Shown: piece by piece, positions 36,690-50,263 of the stretch
Layout: each line of letters begins with the position of its first letter
Position numbering within the stretch: position 1 is the stretch's first letter
Assembly (NCBI RefSeq): GCF_036321535.1
Contig: NC_087437.1
Coordinates: 104,906,001 to 104,970,000 of the forward strand
Source: Camelus dromedarius
Taxonomy: Eukaryota
Length of the DNA stretch: 64,000 bases
Direction: 5' to 3'
Position numbers and translations under genes: made by a program
The notes under the pieces: generated by a model
What the model was told of the DNA's origin: nothing
The model's database searches: none
What the model saw: only the letters and a program-made list of their open reading frames with translations

Positions 36690-37980
36690 TGTTAGGCAGT
36701 TAGATAAAAATGAGCACTGAGCAGGGGGAGAGTTAGGGGAAAGGAGCAACCCAGAAAATAACAGTACATCTGCACTCAGGATAAGGGGCTTCAAAAACTT
36801 ACTTTCTCTAAATGAGGGCCAGCAAAGAAGCCAGCTGTAATCAAATGCTGCAGCTGCACAGTAGAGAGAAGGACCATGCTTAACCTGACCCAATGCTCAT
36901 TATAATGTAATTAACATAGCAGTTTGAGCTATCTTACCTCCTGTAGGTTACTCTGTGTGCACCCTGGGTAAGAACCTGCACAGAAGGGATAGGCGTGCCT
37001 GAGCACAAGGAACTGAGCTGTCAGCCAGCCTGAGCACAGGGGACTGAGTCATAAATCAATCAATCACAAAAGAACACCCCTAAGCCAGGATATAAACAAC
37101 AGGAAAAACAAAGGAGAGGCGCCATTTTTCCTCTCCTGGATTGGCCCGCCCCCAGTTCTTGGGGGTGCACTGTATTTTACTATGTTTTTACTTTACTAAT
37201 AAAATCTTGTTTGTATCACTTTCATTAAAAATTCATTTTTTTCAGGTGACTAAGAACTAAGGTTGATGCAAGAAAAATGGATATGAGGCGGGAGAAGGGC
37301 TGTGTCCCAGGCTTTGGTTGAGCCACTGGGACGTGCCCCGCCAAGTGTGGGTCCTTGATTTCAAGCAGGAAAGAATTCAAGAGTGAGCCACAGTTGAGTA
37401 AAGGTAGATTTATTCAGAGAGATACATTGAAAGGCAGGAGAAAGGCAACAAGGTGTGGGGGCTGGGTGCTCAGATTAAAAGTAGGTACACATTCCATAGA
37501 CAGAGTGTGGGCCGTCTCTGAAAGGAGGTGGGGGGAAGGAGGGAGGGAGGGAGAGGGAGAAGGAGAGAGGGAAGGACAGAAAGAGAGAGAGAGAGAGAGG
37601 TGGTGGCCAGTTTTTATCGGCTCAGTGGCTTCATATGCTAATAAGTGGAAGGAACAGTCTAACTAGTCTGGGGAAGGGGCTGGGATTCCCAGGAAGTTGG
37701 CCATTTCCCACCCTTTGACCTTTTGTGGCTAGCCTTGGGACTGCCATGGTGCCTGTGGGCATGTTATTCACCATGTTAATATATTAACACATATATTACA
37801 GCGGGAGTATAATGAAGCTCAAGTTTTACTAGAAGTTAAGTCTCCCACCATCTTGAGCCTCAAGGGCTACTGGGGGTTGAATCTTCCACCATTTTGATGT
37901 TAATTGCTGTATCATTCCTTGAATGGCTGTGCCCTGTCCCCCTTGTCTCGAGGTAACTCATTTCCCTCCTCCCTGTAACA
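36690..37980 (+). mobile_element. ERV1 solo LTR (LTR39-like), split by a nested MER41-like LTR
   Basis: TGTTAGGCAGTTAGATA start and TGTAACA end; TSD atct/acct (1 mismatch); TATAAA near 37091 and AATAAA near 37198. Confidence 0.8.
37264..37950 (-). mobile_element. MER41-like ERV1 solo LTR (copy 1), nested
   Basis: Perfect 4-bp TSD aggt (37260-37263 / 37951-37954); clearly homologous to 51673-52302; internal GA-rich expansion. Confidence 0.88.
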
Positions 37981-39654
37981 ACCTCAGTCAACTAAATGGG
38001 CATCATAAGCTGCTGTTCTACCAAAGGTAGCTGGCATCAAAAATAGCTACTGGGGTACAGAAAATTTCTCCTTCACTTTTTTATCACTTTTTATAAAAGC
38101 CAACATATAAGGATTAGGGTCTTCATATGTGGCAAATCTATGACATAAAATCTACTGAAAGTGTTTTCTGTATGCTGTCCAAAACTCTCTGGGCTAGAAA
38201 TTCAAGAAAAAAATAGTATTTATTTTGGCCTTTTGGCATCATTCTCCTAGGTCATTTGAAAACCAGAAAATAAGGTTTAAGAAAAAATTCTATTATTAAG
38301 AAGAGCTGTACTGAGTACAGCTTTAAAAAATTCATGATTGGCATGAAGTTTTATCCTTAATTCTAACTAAATTTCTCCATCATTATGAGTGCCTGTATGT
38401 GAAGATCTCTCTCAGGGGAAAAAAAAAGTTTTAACTGTTAAGATTTGTTATCCTCTTACTTTCAGATACATTTAAAAAAATGTCATTAAGGATAAACTTG
38501 CAGGCTGATGATGTTTTTGAATGCTAATCATAGCTTTCACAGTTGGGAACTGGTAGGTACCATTGTCTGAAAATCACAAAATCAGAGGGGCAAAATGTCA
38601 CTTTTCAATGTCATCTAACATTACAATAACTACATCTTTGACTTAACTAAAGCTATTGCAAGCCAATATTTTGGGTTAAATTCTCCCTTTTACGTTGAAC
38701 AGAATACTCTCATTTACTTTCTGGTCTATAAACTAAAGGAAGGGCTCGTTCTCGTCCTAATCTACTGCTTTGCGAATGGTGGCCACTTGAAAGCGCTGGT
38801 TGAACACAACTCGAGGTACAAGTTCAGGTGTAGGAGAGTATTCATCAGCCTTTGACTATAGTGATGTTTTTGGCTCTGTGACATGGCTGAGGGTGGCAGC
38901 CACATCAAGACTTTGTTCACAGACTGTAGAGAAATACTTGTCACTATTGTAAACATTCTTCAAAATATGTATGACTCATGCACATTTGTGCTTCAGTGTA
39001 ACTCTCTACAAGGTAGGAAAGATTGAATTCTATTCAGATTTGAATTAAAAAGGAAAATAACATGTACTAAACCATGAAAGATTTCCTCAATTGTGTCTTG
39101 TTTACCTGGCCAGAGCCTCTGCACAATCCATTCCAGGCAGGTGATCAGTTTACTGTCCTCGGCTCCAAATGGACCCTTGTTTGGCTGACTCTGGGAATGG
39201 ACCTGGGCCCACTGACTATATTTCCTCAATCAGCTGGCACGTTACTCTTTCTCAATAGAGGATGATCAAGAGATTTTGCTATGTCTGCTGAAAACTCTCA
39301 TACTCCTTTATAAGACCTCCCTGCTATGTGCAAATATTCATAGTAGTGTGAAGACCATCATGTCTTCTCTCCAGGAATCCATTTCATTATTTCTATTTCC
39401 AGTCAAGTAATATGTCAAAGCAAAATATGCACTTTTTTTATCTTACCAAGTAAATATTCTCTAAGTCAAGCCTCTGTTGATGAAACGTAGGGACACTGGA
39501 CCCATACTTCACCATGTTACTATTGTTGTCATTACACTTTGCTTTCCTTGTAAATCAGAAAAGGTTTTCCAGTAACTACCAAGTCTAGATCATTAATTCC
39601 TTCTATTTTTGTCTGATGACCTTTTAAATTTTTCTAATTATTTCTCTTTTAAAA

Positions 39655-40118
39655 AATACGTTATTGTGGTAAGAACACTTGACATGAAATCTACCTTCTT
39701 AACACATTCTTAAATCTGCAGTACAGAGTCGTTAACTATGGATATAGTGTACACAGATCTCTAGAATTTTTTCATCCTGCTTAGCTGAAACTTTATGCTC
39801 ATTGATAGTAACTCTCCACTTCTCCATCCCCTCATACCCTGGCAACCACCATCCCACTCTTTGATTCTATGAATGTGGCTATTGTAGATACCTCACGTAA
39901 GTGGAATTATGCCATGGTTACCTTTTGGTGACTGGCTTATTTCACTTATAATAACGTTTTCAAAGGTCATCCACATTGTCACATATTGAGGAATTTTCTT
40001 CTTCTTTGTTTGAATAATATTCTATTATATATGTATACAACATTTTTTTTTAATCCATTCATCTATCCATGGACATTTAGACTGGTCCCGTGTCTTGTCT
40101 TTAGTGAACAGTGCTGCT
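39655..40118 (-). mobile_element. L1MA-like 3' end
   Basis: gtggtaagaacacttgacatgaaatctacc...cagatctctagaa...ctgaaactttat...ccctggcaaccaccat...tagatacctcacgtaagtggaat. Confidence 0.88.
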
Positions 40119-41089
40119 CGTTCAACCAAATTAGCTATCAATTTCTCATATTCCTTTTCCTGAAGTCAATGTAGATTACGGGTCTATTTATCTTTTATTT
40201 ATACCATTTCATTTGAATAAACAAACCTAGTAATTTTCTTTTTCAAAATTACCATAATGATAATATTTAAACTCTCAAATGCTCCATGGTGTTATTCTGC
40301 TCTATATTCTATCAGCTTAAAACTCCTCATAATAGTTTTAAAATTATAATTTCTGCTCCATAATAAAAAAAAACCCCTCTTAACCGACACTCTATACTTT
40401 AGGATACATGCTTTTTACAAATTGTGATCCTAACTTTTAAAGATGTAAACTATATGAATCTTAACTAGTTATTGGATCTACCAGTCAATTACATATTGAC
40501 ACAGGAAAGGACTAGAAGGTAAGTCTAAACAAGCAATTATGGGACAATTGGAATTAATAACCAATGTCTATGCTTTCATGTAAATTATATCCAACATGTG
40601 TAAGCAATCTTTGAATTATTACAGGAACTCTGTTGCGTATTGGTTGACATCAAAGGGTTTGGAATGTGGCAGATGTGTATTAAAGATTGAGGTATACTTT
40701 ACTTAAATAGTACTAAACTAAAGACTGAAAATTCAGACCATCTCATTAGTCTTTGCATAGGCTCTTCAAGGAAAATACAGGTTTGAATTTCAAGGATCTA
40801 AATAATTTGTTTTCTTTGCTATTTTCTACCCCAGCAAATTGATATGAAACTCCTAAATTAAAATCTGTCTCCTGTGTTCCTAAATCGGGTGAGATGTAGT
40901 CACCCCTCCCTCTAAACAAAGATATCTAAGGAGAATTTTTTTTTTTAATTAGCTTTTCCCAATACATTTTATAGAATGCTATATAAAATTTGAGATTTCT
41001 GTTTATATTAGTCACAAAGGTGTTTAAATGTATTCTCATGGTATCAAAAAATGAAATGAGGCCATTAAAATAGCATCAAAAAAGAATAA

Positions 41090-42600
41090 CAAATGTTCCC
41101 TTATATTCTCTTTTCTGGAAGAGATGTGTAAAATTGGTGCCAATTCTTCTTAAGTATTCTGTAGAATTCACCCATGAAATCATCTGTGACTGATGATACT
41201 TTTTAGAAAGATTTTTAAATAGAAATTAAATTTCTGTTATGATTATGGACTATTCAAATTGAATTGCAGTAATCTGTCAAGGAATTATCCATTTATTTAA
41301 ATTTGTTGAATTTACTAATATCAAGTTGTTTGTAGTGTTTCTGTCATTATCCTTTTAATGACTTCAGGATTTCTTGTGACATTCTTCTTTTCATCTGCTT
41401 ATCAGTGACTTGTACCTCCTTTTTCACTTTTGTCAGTTTTAGAAGTTGATATGGTCTGAATTCTTTTTATTACCACCACCCTACCAAAAAATATTCCTGT
41501 GTTGAGATCTAATCCCAAAGGTGCTAGCATTTGGAGGTGGAGCTCTGAAGAGTTGAGCATGTTATGAGGGCAGAGACCTCATGAATGAAACTGGTGCCCT
41601 TATTAAACAGGCTGGACTGAGCTTCCTACTGCCTGTGGCCATTTGAAGCTACAATGAAAAGTCTGTGACCTGGAAGAGAGCTCTCACCAGACCATAGTAT
41701 CTCTCTCATGTCAACCTTCCAGACTCCAGGTCTGTGAAAAATAAATTTCTGTAGTAGATAAACCACCTACTCTGGTATTTTGTTATAGCAGCCAGAATGA
41801 ACTAAGACAGAAATATATCAATTTTATTTGTTATATTTATTTATTATATATATATATATTTATTAGATATATCAAATTTATTAAAAACCAGCTTTTTGGA
41901 TTGATTTTCCCTATTCTTTTTATATTTTCATTAAGTTCTTTTATTTCTTTGTTTCTGTTTTCTTTGGGGATTTTTTGCTCTTTTTTTCCCCTAGTTTTTT
42001 GAGGTAGAACTTTAAATAATTGATTTGAGAACTTTTCTCTTTTCTACTATAAATTGTTAGCACTAAACATTTCCCTTTCAGCACTTTTTAAGTTACATTC
42101 TAGAAATTTTGATATCTTGTATTGTCATTCAGTTCTATGTGTTCATTTTAATTTATTCTGAGGCTTCTGCTTTGACTGATGGATTTTTTTGAGAAGTGTG
42201 TTTAACTTTCAAGTATTTGGAGATTTTCTTATCCTTCTGTTGTTGGCTTGTAGTTTAATTCTGTTATGATTCAGAAAACATAATCTGTAAGATTTCAGTT
42301 GTTAAGTATTATAAGGTTTGTTTTATGCATATGATCTATCTTGGTAAATGTTCATAGGCTCATGAAAAAAGTAAAAGCATGTGAAGCTATTGGCTTTTGG
42401 TTGAAGTCTTCAATACATGCCAATTAGATCCTATTGGTTGATCCTGCTGTTTGTTTTTCTATGTCCTCATTGATTTTGTTTAATAATCCTATCAATTTGT
42501 TAAAACAGGAAATTGAAGATCTCAACTATAATTTTGGATTTTCCTATCTCTCCTTTCAGTGCTATCAATTTTGTTTATTGTACTGAAGCTTGTTGTTTGA
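41090..42600 (-). mobile_element. Old L1 ORF2 remnant interrupted by MLT1A
   Basis: T-rich antisense L1 text: gtagaattcacccatgaaatcatctg, aaccagctttttgg, agaagtgtgtttaactttcaagtatttggagatttt, tctatcttggtaaatgttc. Confidence 0.8.
41447..41809 (+). mobile_element. MaLR solo LTR (MLT1A-like)
   Basis: TGatatggtctgaat...aataaatttctg...ggtattttgttatagcagcc...actaagaCA; TSD gaagt/gaaat. Confidence 0.9.
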
Positions 42601-43868
42601 AGTTTCTAAAATTTCTAAAGATTTTTAACAACTTAGAAGAAATTTGTTCTCAAAAACAATTAAGAAAAATTAATACCACAATATTAATTTGCTTTACCTA
42701 TATAAATAAAGCTGAATTATAAACAAAAACTGTTGTTCAAATCTTGAGTTGGAATTTATTGTAATTATATAAATTTTTATTGAAGAAGTGTTTATTGGAA
42801 ACAGAACAAATTTATATGAATAAAACATTGAGAAGTTTCTGATATGTCAAGAAAATCATAGTCAATATAAGGTAGGTTAAAAATAGCTCAAGAGCCAATT
42901 TTAGAAAAATGATAATTTTGTTCAAGAAACTACCTTGAAACTTCGAGGTATAGAACAAGAAGCCTTGAGTATAGAATCTGGAAAAGATGCTACACTGCCC
43001 CGCACAAGATGCTAACACCCAACTGAGGGTAAAATCAGCTGTGAAAGGGGCAATAGGAAAAAGAAAAAGAACGAGAAGTTGGAGTTCATGGAAAATGTAA
43101 GATATTTCTGATAACAGATGCAAAAGACTTTTAAGAAATACAATATTCATCTTTAAGTTGTTAATAGTGATGTGATACACACCTATTATTCCATCCTAAT
43201 CCATCAATGAAAGCTTACTTAACACAAATCTTTTGGGGGAAAGTAAAATAATCAGCATAGTGTTTAGCGTGTGGTGATAACATGCAGACAGCATTTGGAA
43301 CATTGAGATGGCCCACAAAAAAAAAAAAAAAAATTGAAAACAAGCAATCTTAGCCAACTAAAAGAAGTGTAATCATCACCACCCCTTTTTCCTGTGAATT
43401 CCTTAGTAGAATAAATGGCTTTTTTTCTATACATTATTTGGGAGTTTGTGTCAATTGCAGTTGACTATAAATGTACAAATTTCTCTGCATGACATGTCAA
43501 TACTTCCTAAAATGAAATTAGACCCAAGGTTACTGGACCATAATAAATGTCCACAAGTCTACTTGGAAAAGTCAAAAGTCAAGGGAGCACTCAGAGGTAA
43601 TTCTTCAGCTGAATTTGAAAAATGGTCATGACTGTTAGATGGACAAGGGAAGAAAAATATTTCTAAAAGAGGGAATAATATGACCAAAGCAGAGAGGCAC
43701 AAAGGGAATAGGTAAATGAAAAAAGAAAAGAGAATCCTTGGCATGGATAGAGTATAAGAGATGAGTGGAAGAGAGTGAAATGGTGGAGCTCAGGTGACAG
43801 ACAACAACTGAACAAGGAAAGGTTTTGAATGTCATGGCACAAATAAAACTTTACTTTGTAAGCAAGAA

Positions 43869-44365
43869 TTTTTTTTTTGAAGTATAGTTGATTTACAATG
43901 TTATGGTAGTTTTTGGTGTACAGCAAAGTGATTCAGTTATATATTTATATAATCTCTATATTATAATATATAATTTTATATATCTATTCTTTTTCAGATT
44001 CTTTTCCATTATTTCAAGGTACTAAATCTATTTTTTCCCTTTGCTATCCAGTAGGGCCTTGTTTGTCTATTTTATACATAGTAATGTGTATCTGTTAATC
44101 CCAAGCTCCTAATTTCTCTCTCTTGCCTCTTTCCCCTTTGGTAATCATAGTTTGTTTTCTATGTCCGTGAGCCTACTTCTGTTTTGTAAATAAGTTCAAT
44201 TGTATCATTTTTTAATATATATTTCACATATGATATATGATATTTGTCTTTGACTTACTTAGTATGATATTTTCTAGTTCCATCCATGTTGCTGCAAATG
44301 GCATTATTTCATTCTTTTTTATGGCTAGGTAATAGTCCATTGTATACCACATCTATCCATATCTA

Positions 44366-44407
<42 letters not shown>

Positions 44408-45372
44408 GATATGTATATATCTATCACATCTATACCACATTTATTCAATTATTTGCTGCTGGACTTTTAGGTTGTTTCCACGTCATGGCTATTGTAAATA
44501 GTGCTGCTATAAACATCGGGGTGCATATACCTTTTTGAATTAGAGTTTTCATCTTTTCTGGATGGATATTCAGAAGTGGGATTTCTGGATTGTATGATAA
44601 CTCCATCTTTAGTTTTTTAAGGAATCTCCATACTGTTCTCCATAGTGGCTGCACCAGTTTGCATTCCCACCAACAATGTAGGAGGGTTCCCTTTTCTCCA
44701 CACCCTCTCCAGCATTTATTACTTGTAAACTTTTTGAGGATGGCCATTCTGACAAGTGTGAAATGACAACTAATTGTAGTTTTGACTTACATTTCTCTAG
44801 TAATTCGCAATAGCGAGCATATTTTCATGTGGCTGTTGGCCATCTGGATGTCTTCTTTGAAGAAATGTCTATTTAGCTCTTCTGCTCATTTTTTGATTAG
44901 GTTGTTTGTTTTGCTGTTATTGAGTTGTCTGAGTCATTTTTATATTTTGGAAATAAAGCTCTTGTTGGTTGCATCATTTGCAAATATTTTCTTCCAGTCT
45001 GTAGGTTGTTTTTTCATTTTGTTTATGGTTTCCTTTTCTGTGCAAAAGCTTGTATGTTTGATTAGGTCTCATTTGTTTATTTTTGCTTTTATTTCTTTTT
45101 CCATGAGAGAATGACCTCAGAAAACATTGCTACAATTTATGTCAGAGTATGTTTTGCCTATAATCTCTTCTAGGTTTATAGAGTCATGTCTATATTTAAG
45201 GCTTTAAGCCATTTTGTGTTTATTTTGGTGTATAGTGTGAGAGTGTTCTAACTTCATTGATTTACATGCAGCTGTCCAGCTTTCCCAACATCACTTGCTG
45301 AAGAGATTGTCCTTTCTCCAATGCATATTTTTGCCTCCTTTGTTGAAGATTAATTGAACATAAGAGCGTGGG
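43869..45372 (-). mobile_element. Camelid/cetartiodactyl L1, 5'-truncated, about 1.5 kb (3' UTR plus ORF2 C-terminus)
   Basis: Poly(T) followed by gaagtatagttgatttacaatgtt...; ORF2 peptide at 44445-44747; internal (TATC)n near 44360-44410. Confidence 0.95.
44445..44747 (-). pseudogene. L1 ORF2 C-terminal cysteine-rich domain remnant
   Basis: [36 protein letters not shown]...CTPMFIAALFTIA is the canonical L1 ORF2p C-terminus; fragment only. Confidence 0.92.
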
Positions 45373-47206
45373 GCAAAAACAGTTTTAAAGAGGGAAGTGA
45401 TATGATCAGTACTGACTGTTAGAAAAATAATTCTTGTGCGTATACAGAATAGCTGGATAGAAGAAATACAGAGAAAAATAAGAGTAGACTAGGTTAAATT
45501 CTACTTGATTGATAATGGGTATCTAAATCAGAAGAGAATAGGGCTGCAGTCATAGAAATAAACAGGAATTAATGGATGTAGAAAATTTTTTAGAGTGGAA
45601 ATAGTGAGAAAAGAAATTGACTGACCATAGAGAGCCCAAGAGACAACTTGTAGATGTTGATGACTTTCACCAATTTCAGAAATATGTACAATAGTATAGG
45701 TTTTGGGGGGATAGGATGCAAAGGGTAAATTCAGTTTGAGGATTCTATGGAATATATAGATGTTTAATAGGGAAGCTGGAAAGAAAGGCTTATGCTGGAG
45801 TAAAAGATAATTGATCATTTGCCATGTGGTAGTTGAAGCCTAAATCATGGATGAGATTATCCAAATAGATCTGCAGAGTTAAAAGGGCAGAAGGAAGAGG
45901 ACCAAGCTGTGCTGTACACCAAATGCACTCAGATGATGGACAGGTGAACGGTCACCTGGGTTGGGGATTTAGGGGGGTCCTAGAAATAAAGAAAGAAGCA
46001 GGAATATGAAAATGGAAAAAAGTGTCAAGAAGCAAAAACTTGACCAAGGGGATCAGAAGATGCAGTCAAGTCAAAGGAGAAAGGCCTGAGGTGCCCCTTT
46101 TGTATTTAGCAGTTAGACATTGGCAACTTTATCTAAAATAGCCTGAGTGAAACAGGGAGACCTGACTCTATGTTACCGTGTGCTGAGGCTGATGCACAGT
46201 CTGTATGACACCATCCAGTCTATTTCCTAAGGAGCTTATCAGTGAGTTGGAGAGACATTTTTACCTCCAAGAACAACAAGGTAAGTGAAGAAGGATTTCT
46301 TTTTCATTTTTTTTCCTTACTGTTGCAAGCTGAGAGCAATTTGAAGTCAGTGTATTCACGGGAAGAGACACAGACAGACAAAAAGAAATGGAAGGGAAGT
46401 AAAGAGAAGAGGAAGGAGGGGAGGGGAAGAAGGGGGAGGAGAGGAGAAGGAAGAGAAGAGAAGTTGAAGGTATAGGGGAGACAGGCAGTGTAGTGTTTAA
46501 GAAAATAAAAGCAGATGGGGCCATCATATAGGTGGTGATAAGGATCAAGGTAGGTCTGCCTTAAGTATTAAGAAGGACTTTATATCCTTTGTGTATATGT
46601 GTATATATATTTAATTTGTGTAGATGTGTATATATATTTAATTATATATATATTAAGTATGATGAAATATGAGTTTAGGGCAATTTCACATTCAAGTCTT
46701 AATTTTTCCTGGGAAATAAGGATAAAAGCAATCTCTTAAAGATGAGGAGGTCAAGAATTATTCACTTGAGAGGAGTGGTAAAATTCTGAACTAGCCAGGT
46801 AAATGGGAAATGCTTTTTACAAGGGTGATATAACAGGACTTTTCGAGCAAAACTCAACTTGAATATCATAAATTTGAAGTGGCAGAAATCCACAAAATTA
46901 TACAATTTTCTTAAGCAGCCTTCAGAAGTTAGGCATAGGAATAAAAATGCAGTTGGTAAAAGTAACCTATGGCTGGGTTTTATATAACCAGGAAATCAGA
47001 AAAACAAGGAACAAGGAGCTTAGGAAGTGAGGTCCATGCCAATGGTGATTGGGAGACTACACCATAAAATCAAGGCAGTTCAGAGAAATAAATAAATAGT
47101 TAGACCTAAGAAAAGAAAAGGTTAATAGACAATAAAAGAGAAAGAGAAAGGAGCTGAGGGAGTAATGATCAGAGTGGGGTAAAAATGTATGTGTCACTAT
47201 TAAAAG

Positions 47207-47440
47207 CAGGCTTGCTTTTAATATTTAAGGGGACCCAGGGCAAGAAAACTAATGAAGGCACATATATCATTTACCTAAATATCTGAAAGTAATAAATTAA
47301 AAAAAAAAAACACCCACAAATTGTTAAATGTAATGCGATTGATGCTACCTGGACAAACATATCTTTAAAAGACCTAAAGGACTGGATTTGACACCAGAAT
47401 GTGATGGCTCAGGAAGAGGGGCTCCCCAGGCCCTGCATGA
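47207..47440. mobile_element. hAT-Tip100 group DNA transposon fragment (Zaphod/MER115-like)
   Basis: cccagggcaagaaaactaatgaaggcacatatatcatttacctaaatatctgaaagt...ctacctggacaaacatatc. Confidence 0.5.
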
Positions 47441-47649
47441 GCAGGAAGCATCCATCATCCCAGGGAGACAAGGTGGGTTTCAGTTACGGGAAAAGAGACA
47501 AACAAAGAGGAGGAAGCAATAGGAGAGTAGTAACTTACTAACCCTCAGTGGTAGGAGCCGTAACTACTTTACTCACCATCATCAGTGCCAAGCACAGCGT
47601 GAGGAAAGAGTATAAATCTAGTAACAATTTGCCCACTTCATGAATTAAC

Positions 47650-47825
47650 TTGACAAAAGGAAACACTTCCCATCAGCCAGATTTTCCAAGGATGAGCACA
47701 GTAGCCTTAAAGATGATGGGTCCTCCAGTGACAGCAGGCCCCAGAAAACCACCTCCTTCCTAGGAATGTTATAGAGCAATGGAGTGTTAGAGAGCATCTT
47801 CCACAGTCTTTCTAGTTCTCCTCCA
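47650..47825 (+). mobile_element. Second, degraded L3/CR1 3' fragment
   Basis: ggaaacacttccc...tccaaggatg...gccttaaagatgatgggtcctccagtgacag...ggaatgttatagag...ttccacagtctttctagttct follows the L3 3' end order. Confidence 0.45.
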
Positions 47826-48399
47826 GAACTGAGAATCCATCATGACAATCTGGTTGATGTATATTTCTTGCATTAGCGTTTAAGCAGAGGTGAGATATTC
47901 CCATGAGATATACCTTTCCTATAGCTGGTAAACTGTCACTTCAGAAGCACTTTTGTTATTGCCTTTATGATCCATCATCATCATCATCATCATCATGTTT
48001 TTTGTTATGGAATAATATACAGCTTCACTAGGGTTTTTCACATTTGCTTTTTTTTTTAATTAGAAGAATATAAAACCACAGAATTATGGAAATACATAGA
48101 AAATATCATCAATTTTGGCCTATTTTCTCACTAACAAAATAGATCTTTTTCAAAATGCAAATCATAATGCAGTACTGAGTCATGAAATCAATTTTATGGA
48201 TAATGATGAATTTCCTTAATGTGTATGTAACAATTGATCACAGAGTTAAAAATCATCTTTAAATTTTAACATTCATCCATCCATTTATTTACTAACCAAA
48301 ATTTATTTTAATGTCTAGTCTAACTACTGAGTGCTGTGTTGGAATTTGGAAGTAAAATACTTAGGTTGATTAGCAAGAATCATTACTTTATAGAGCATG

Positions 48400-48721
48400 A
48401 AGCAGGGTCCAATATGGTTGCCATCAGCCACTTGTAACTCTAATGGATTTGAAATATGGCTAGTCCAAATTGAGGTGTGCTGAAAGGGTAAGATACACTA
48501 CATTTTCTAAGACTTAGTATGAAAAAAGAACATAGAATATTTCATTAGTAATTTCATATTGATTATGTGATAAAATAAGATTTTCAAAATATTGAGTTAA
48601 CTAATCCATATTAAATTAACTTCACCTATTTTATTATTTAAAATGCTGCTACTAGAATATTTTAAATTAACTATGCGGCTCATATTTGTGACTTAAGTTA
48701 TGTTTCCATTGGAAAGTACTG
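48400..48721. mobile_element. MER33-like hAT-Charlie MITE
   Basis: tccaatatggttgccatcagccac...ggctagtccaaattgaggtgtgctg...aagacttagtatgaaaaaagaa...ttccattggaaagtactg. Confidence 0.85.
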
Positions 48722-49863
48722 GCTTGAGTCTAAGAATGAAGACAGATAATTAACCAAACAACTGTAATAAAAAACTGTACTAAGTGTTATATAAAATGCC
48801 AGTGGGAGAATAAGGAAGAAACAAATCACCTAAATTAAAAGACTAAAAAAAATGTTCTCACAAATAGAGATGTTTAAATATATACTTGAGTAATGAGGGT
48901 GAACCAGGAAAAAAGCTGAGGTAGCATATACAAACAAAGTGAAAAATAAGGAGCAAGAGGGGAAAAAAAAGTGCACTGTGGAGAGACTAAAGAAAACGTA
49001 GCTAGTGCAGAAAATAATGTATGGGAGTAGCACTGACCAGAAAGGTAGGTCGTGCCAAGACATCGGTGATTTTAGAAGCCCTGTGAAGGAGATATCTTTT
49101 ATAGTTGAGTCAATAGGCAGCCAGTGAAGGAGTCTAGGCAGATTAGGGATATGATTTTTTTTTTTTTTTTATAGAAAGGTCATTTTGGCAGCAAAATAGA
49201 AAGTGGGTTGGAGAAAAATAAAACTGATCTGCTGTAAGGTGCTGACCATGAAGATGAAAAGAATTGCCATTTAGCTTAGTTATCCCTTAGATGCAGATGG
49301 TAAAGAAGAGAGAGACGTTAGGATCATTTCCAAGTTTGGTGCTTGGATACATACTGGTACCAATGTCCCTGACGTTTGCTGGTTGAGTTTGGGAACACTG
49401 CAAGAGGCTGGCATTTGTGGCAAAACTGATCTGTTCAACAAAGCACTGAATTGACTTTGGAGAGCCATAGACACAAGATAGTTATGCTAAGAAGGCAGAT
49501 GGATCAAGGGTCTGGAGCTCTATAGGGAGGTATCTGCAGAGGATAATGACGTGCATGAGCCTTCAATGAATATACACACTCTTGAAAACAGTCTATAGGT
49601 ATGACTATAATTGCCTGAGAGTGTGGGTAAAAGGAAAGAGAGTAAGTCCTTGCCCAAATCTCAAGGATAATCAGAATTTTAGACATTCTCTATTGATGCT
49701 GTCAGACCTAATGTCTTCTTTTTGTATCAAATGTATTGTGATGTCCCCTTTCATATTTAAAAATAAAATACATAGCAAGGAAAATCTACAAACTTGCATA
49801 AGGTAAAACAAATATAATAAAACACCCTGAATATAATAATAGATAGAAATGAAAGGCAAGCCA

Positions 49864-50263
49864 TGTTGGAGGAGGTCATTGAGAATATGGGACCTCTGGT
49901 TTGACCCTCAAGCTGGACCCAGGAAACTGGAGGCTCCTCACCCCATCTCTTGTCCTTGGAATGTGCATTTCACTTGCCTTCTTAGGTCCAGAAGCTTCCC
50001 CAAGGATACAGCCTGGCAATAGTAATGTGGTGATGAGTCTATCTGAACTATGTAAGTAACTGAACTCAGTTAAGGCTTCTAAATAAACTTTTAAGATTTG
50101 GTGGGTGGGTGTAGAGATTTCCTTGTCTTGCAACCACTCAAGCCAAGCCTTATAAGTAAGTTCTCCTGAGTATTAAACCTGTCACCTACCAATCTGGAGT
50201 GGTCTGCCTCTTTCTTTGGTCTCTCCTCACCTTCTGTATATAAGGCCAATTTGCAAACCAAGT
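49864..50263 (+). mobile_element. ERV solo LTR, family unresolved
   Basis: TGTTGG start; GC-richer block; attaaacctgtcacctaccaatctggagtggtctgcctc U5-like end; 3' boundary approximate. Confidence 0.65.

Larger units (their letters stand above)
43540..47190 (-). mobile_element. Long L2 remnant interrupted by a young L1
   Basis: Purine-rich antisense L2 motifs: gagggaagtgatatgatcag, ggtagttgaagcc...ggatgagattatcca, tgtatttagca, aatttgaagtggc. Confidence 0.65.

Noticed and set aside
38304..38322. 9-bp-arm palindrome AGCTGTACT-G-AGTACAGCT, and CACTTATTT-C-AAATAAGTG near 56156
   Set aside because: Arms of this length are within chance expectation for 64 kb
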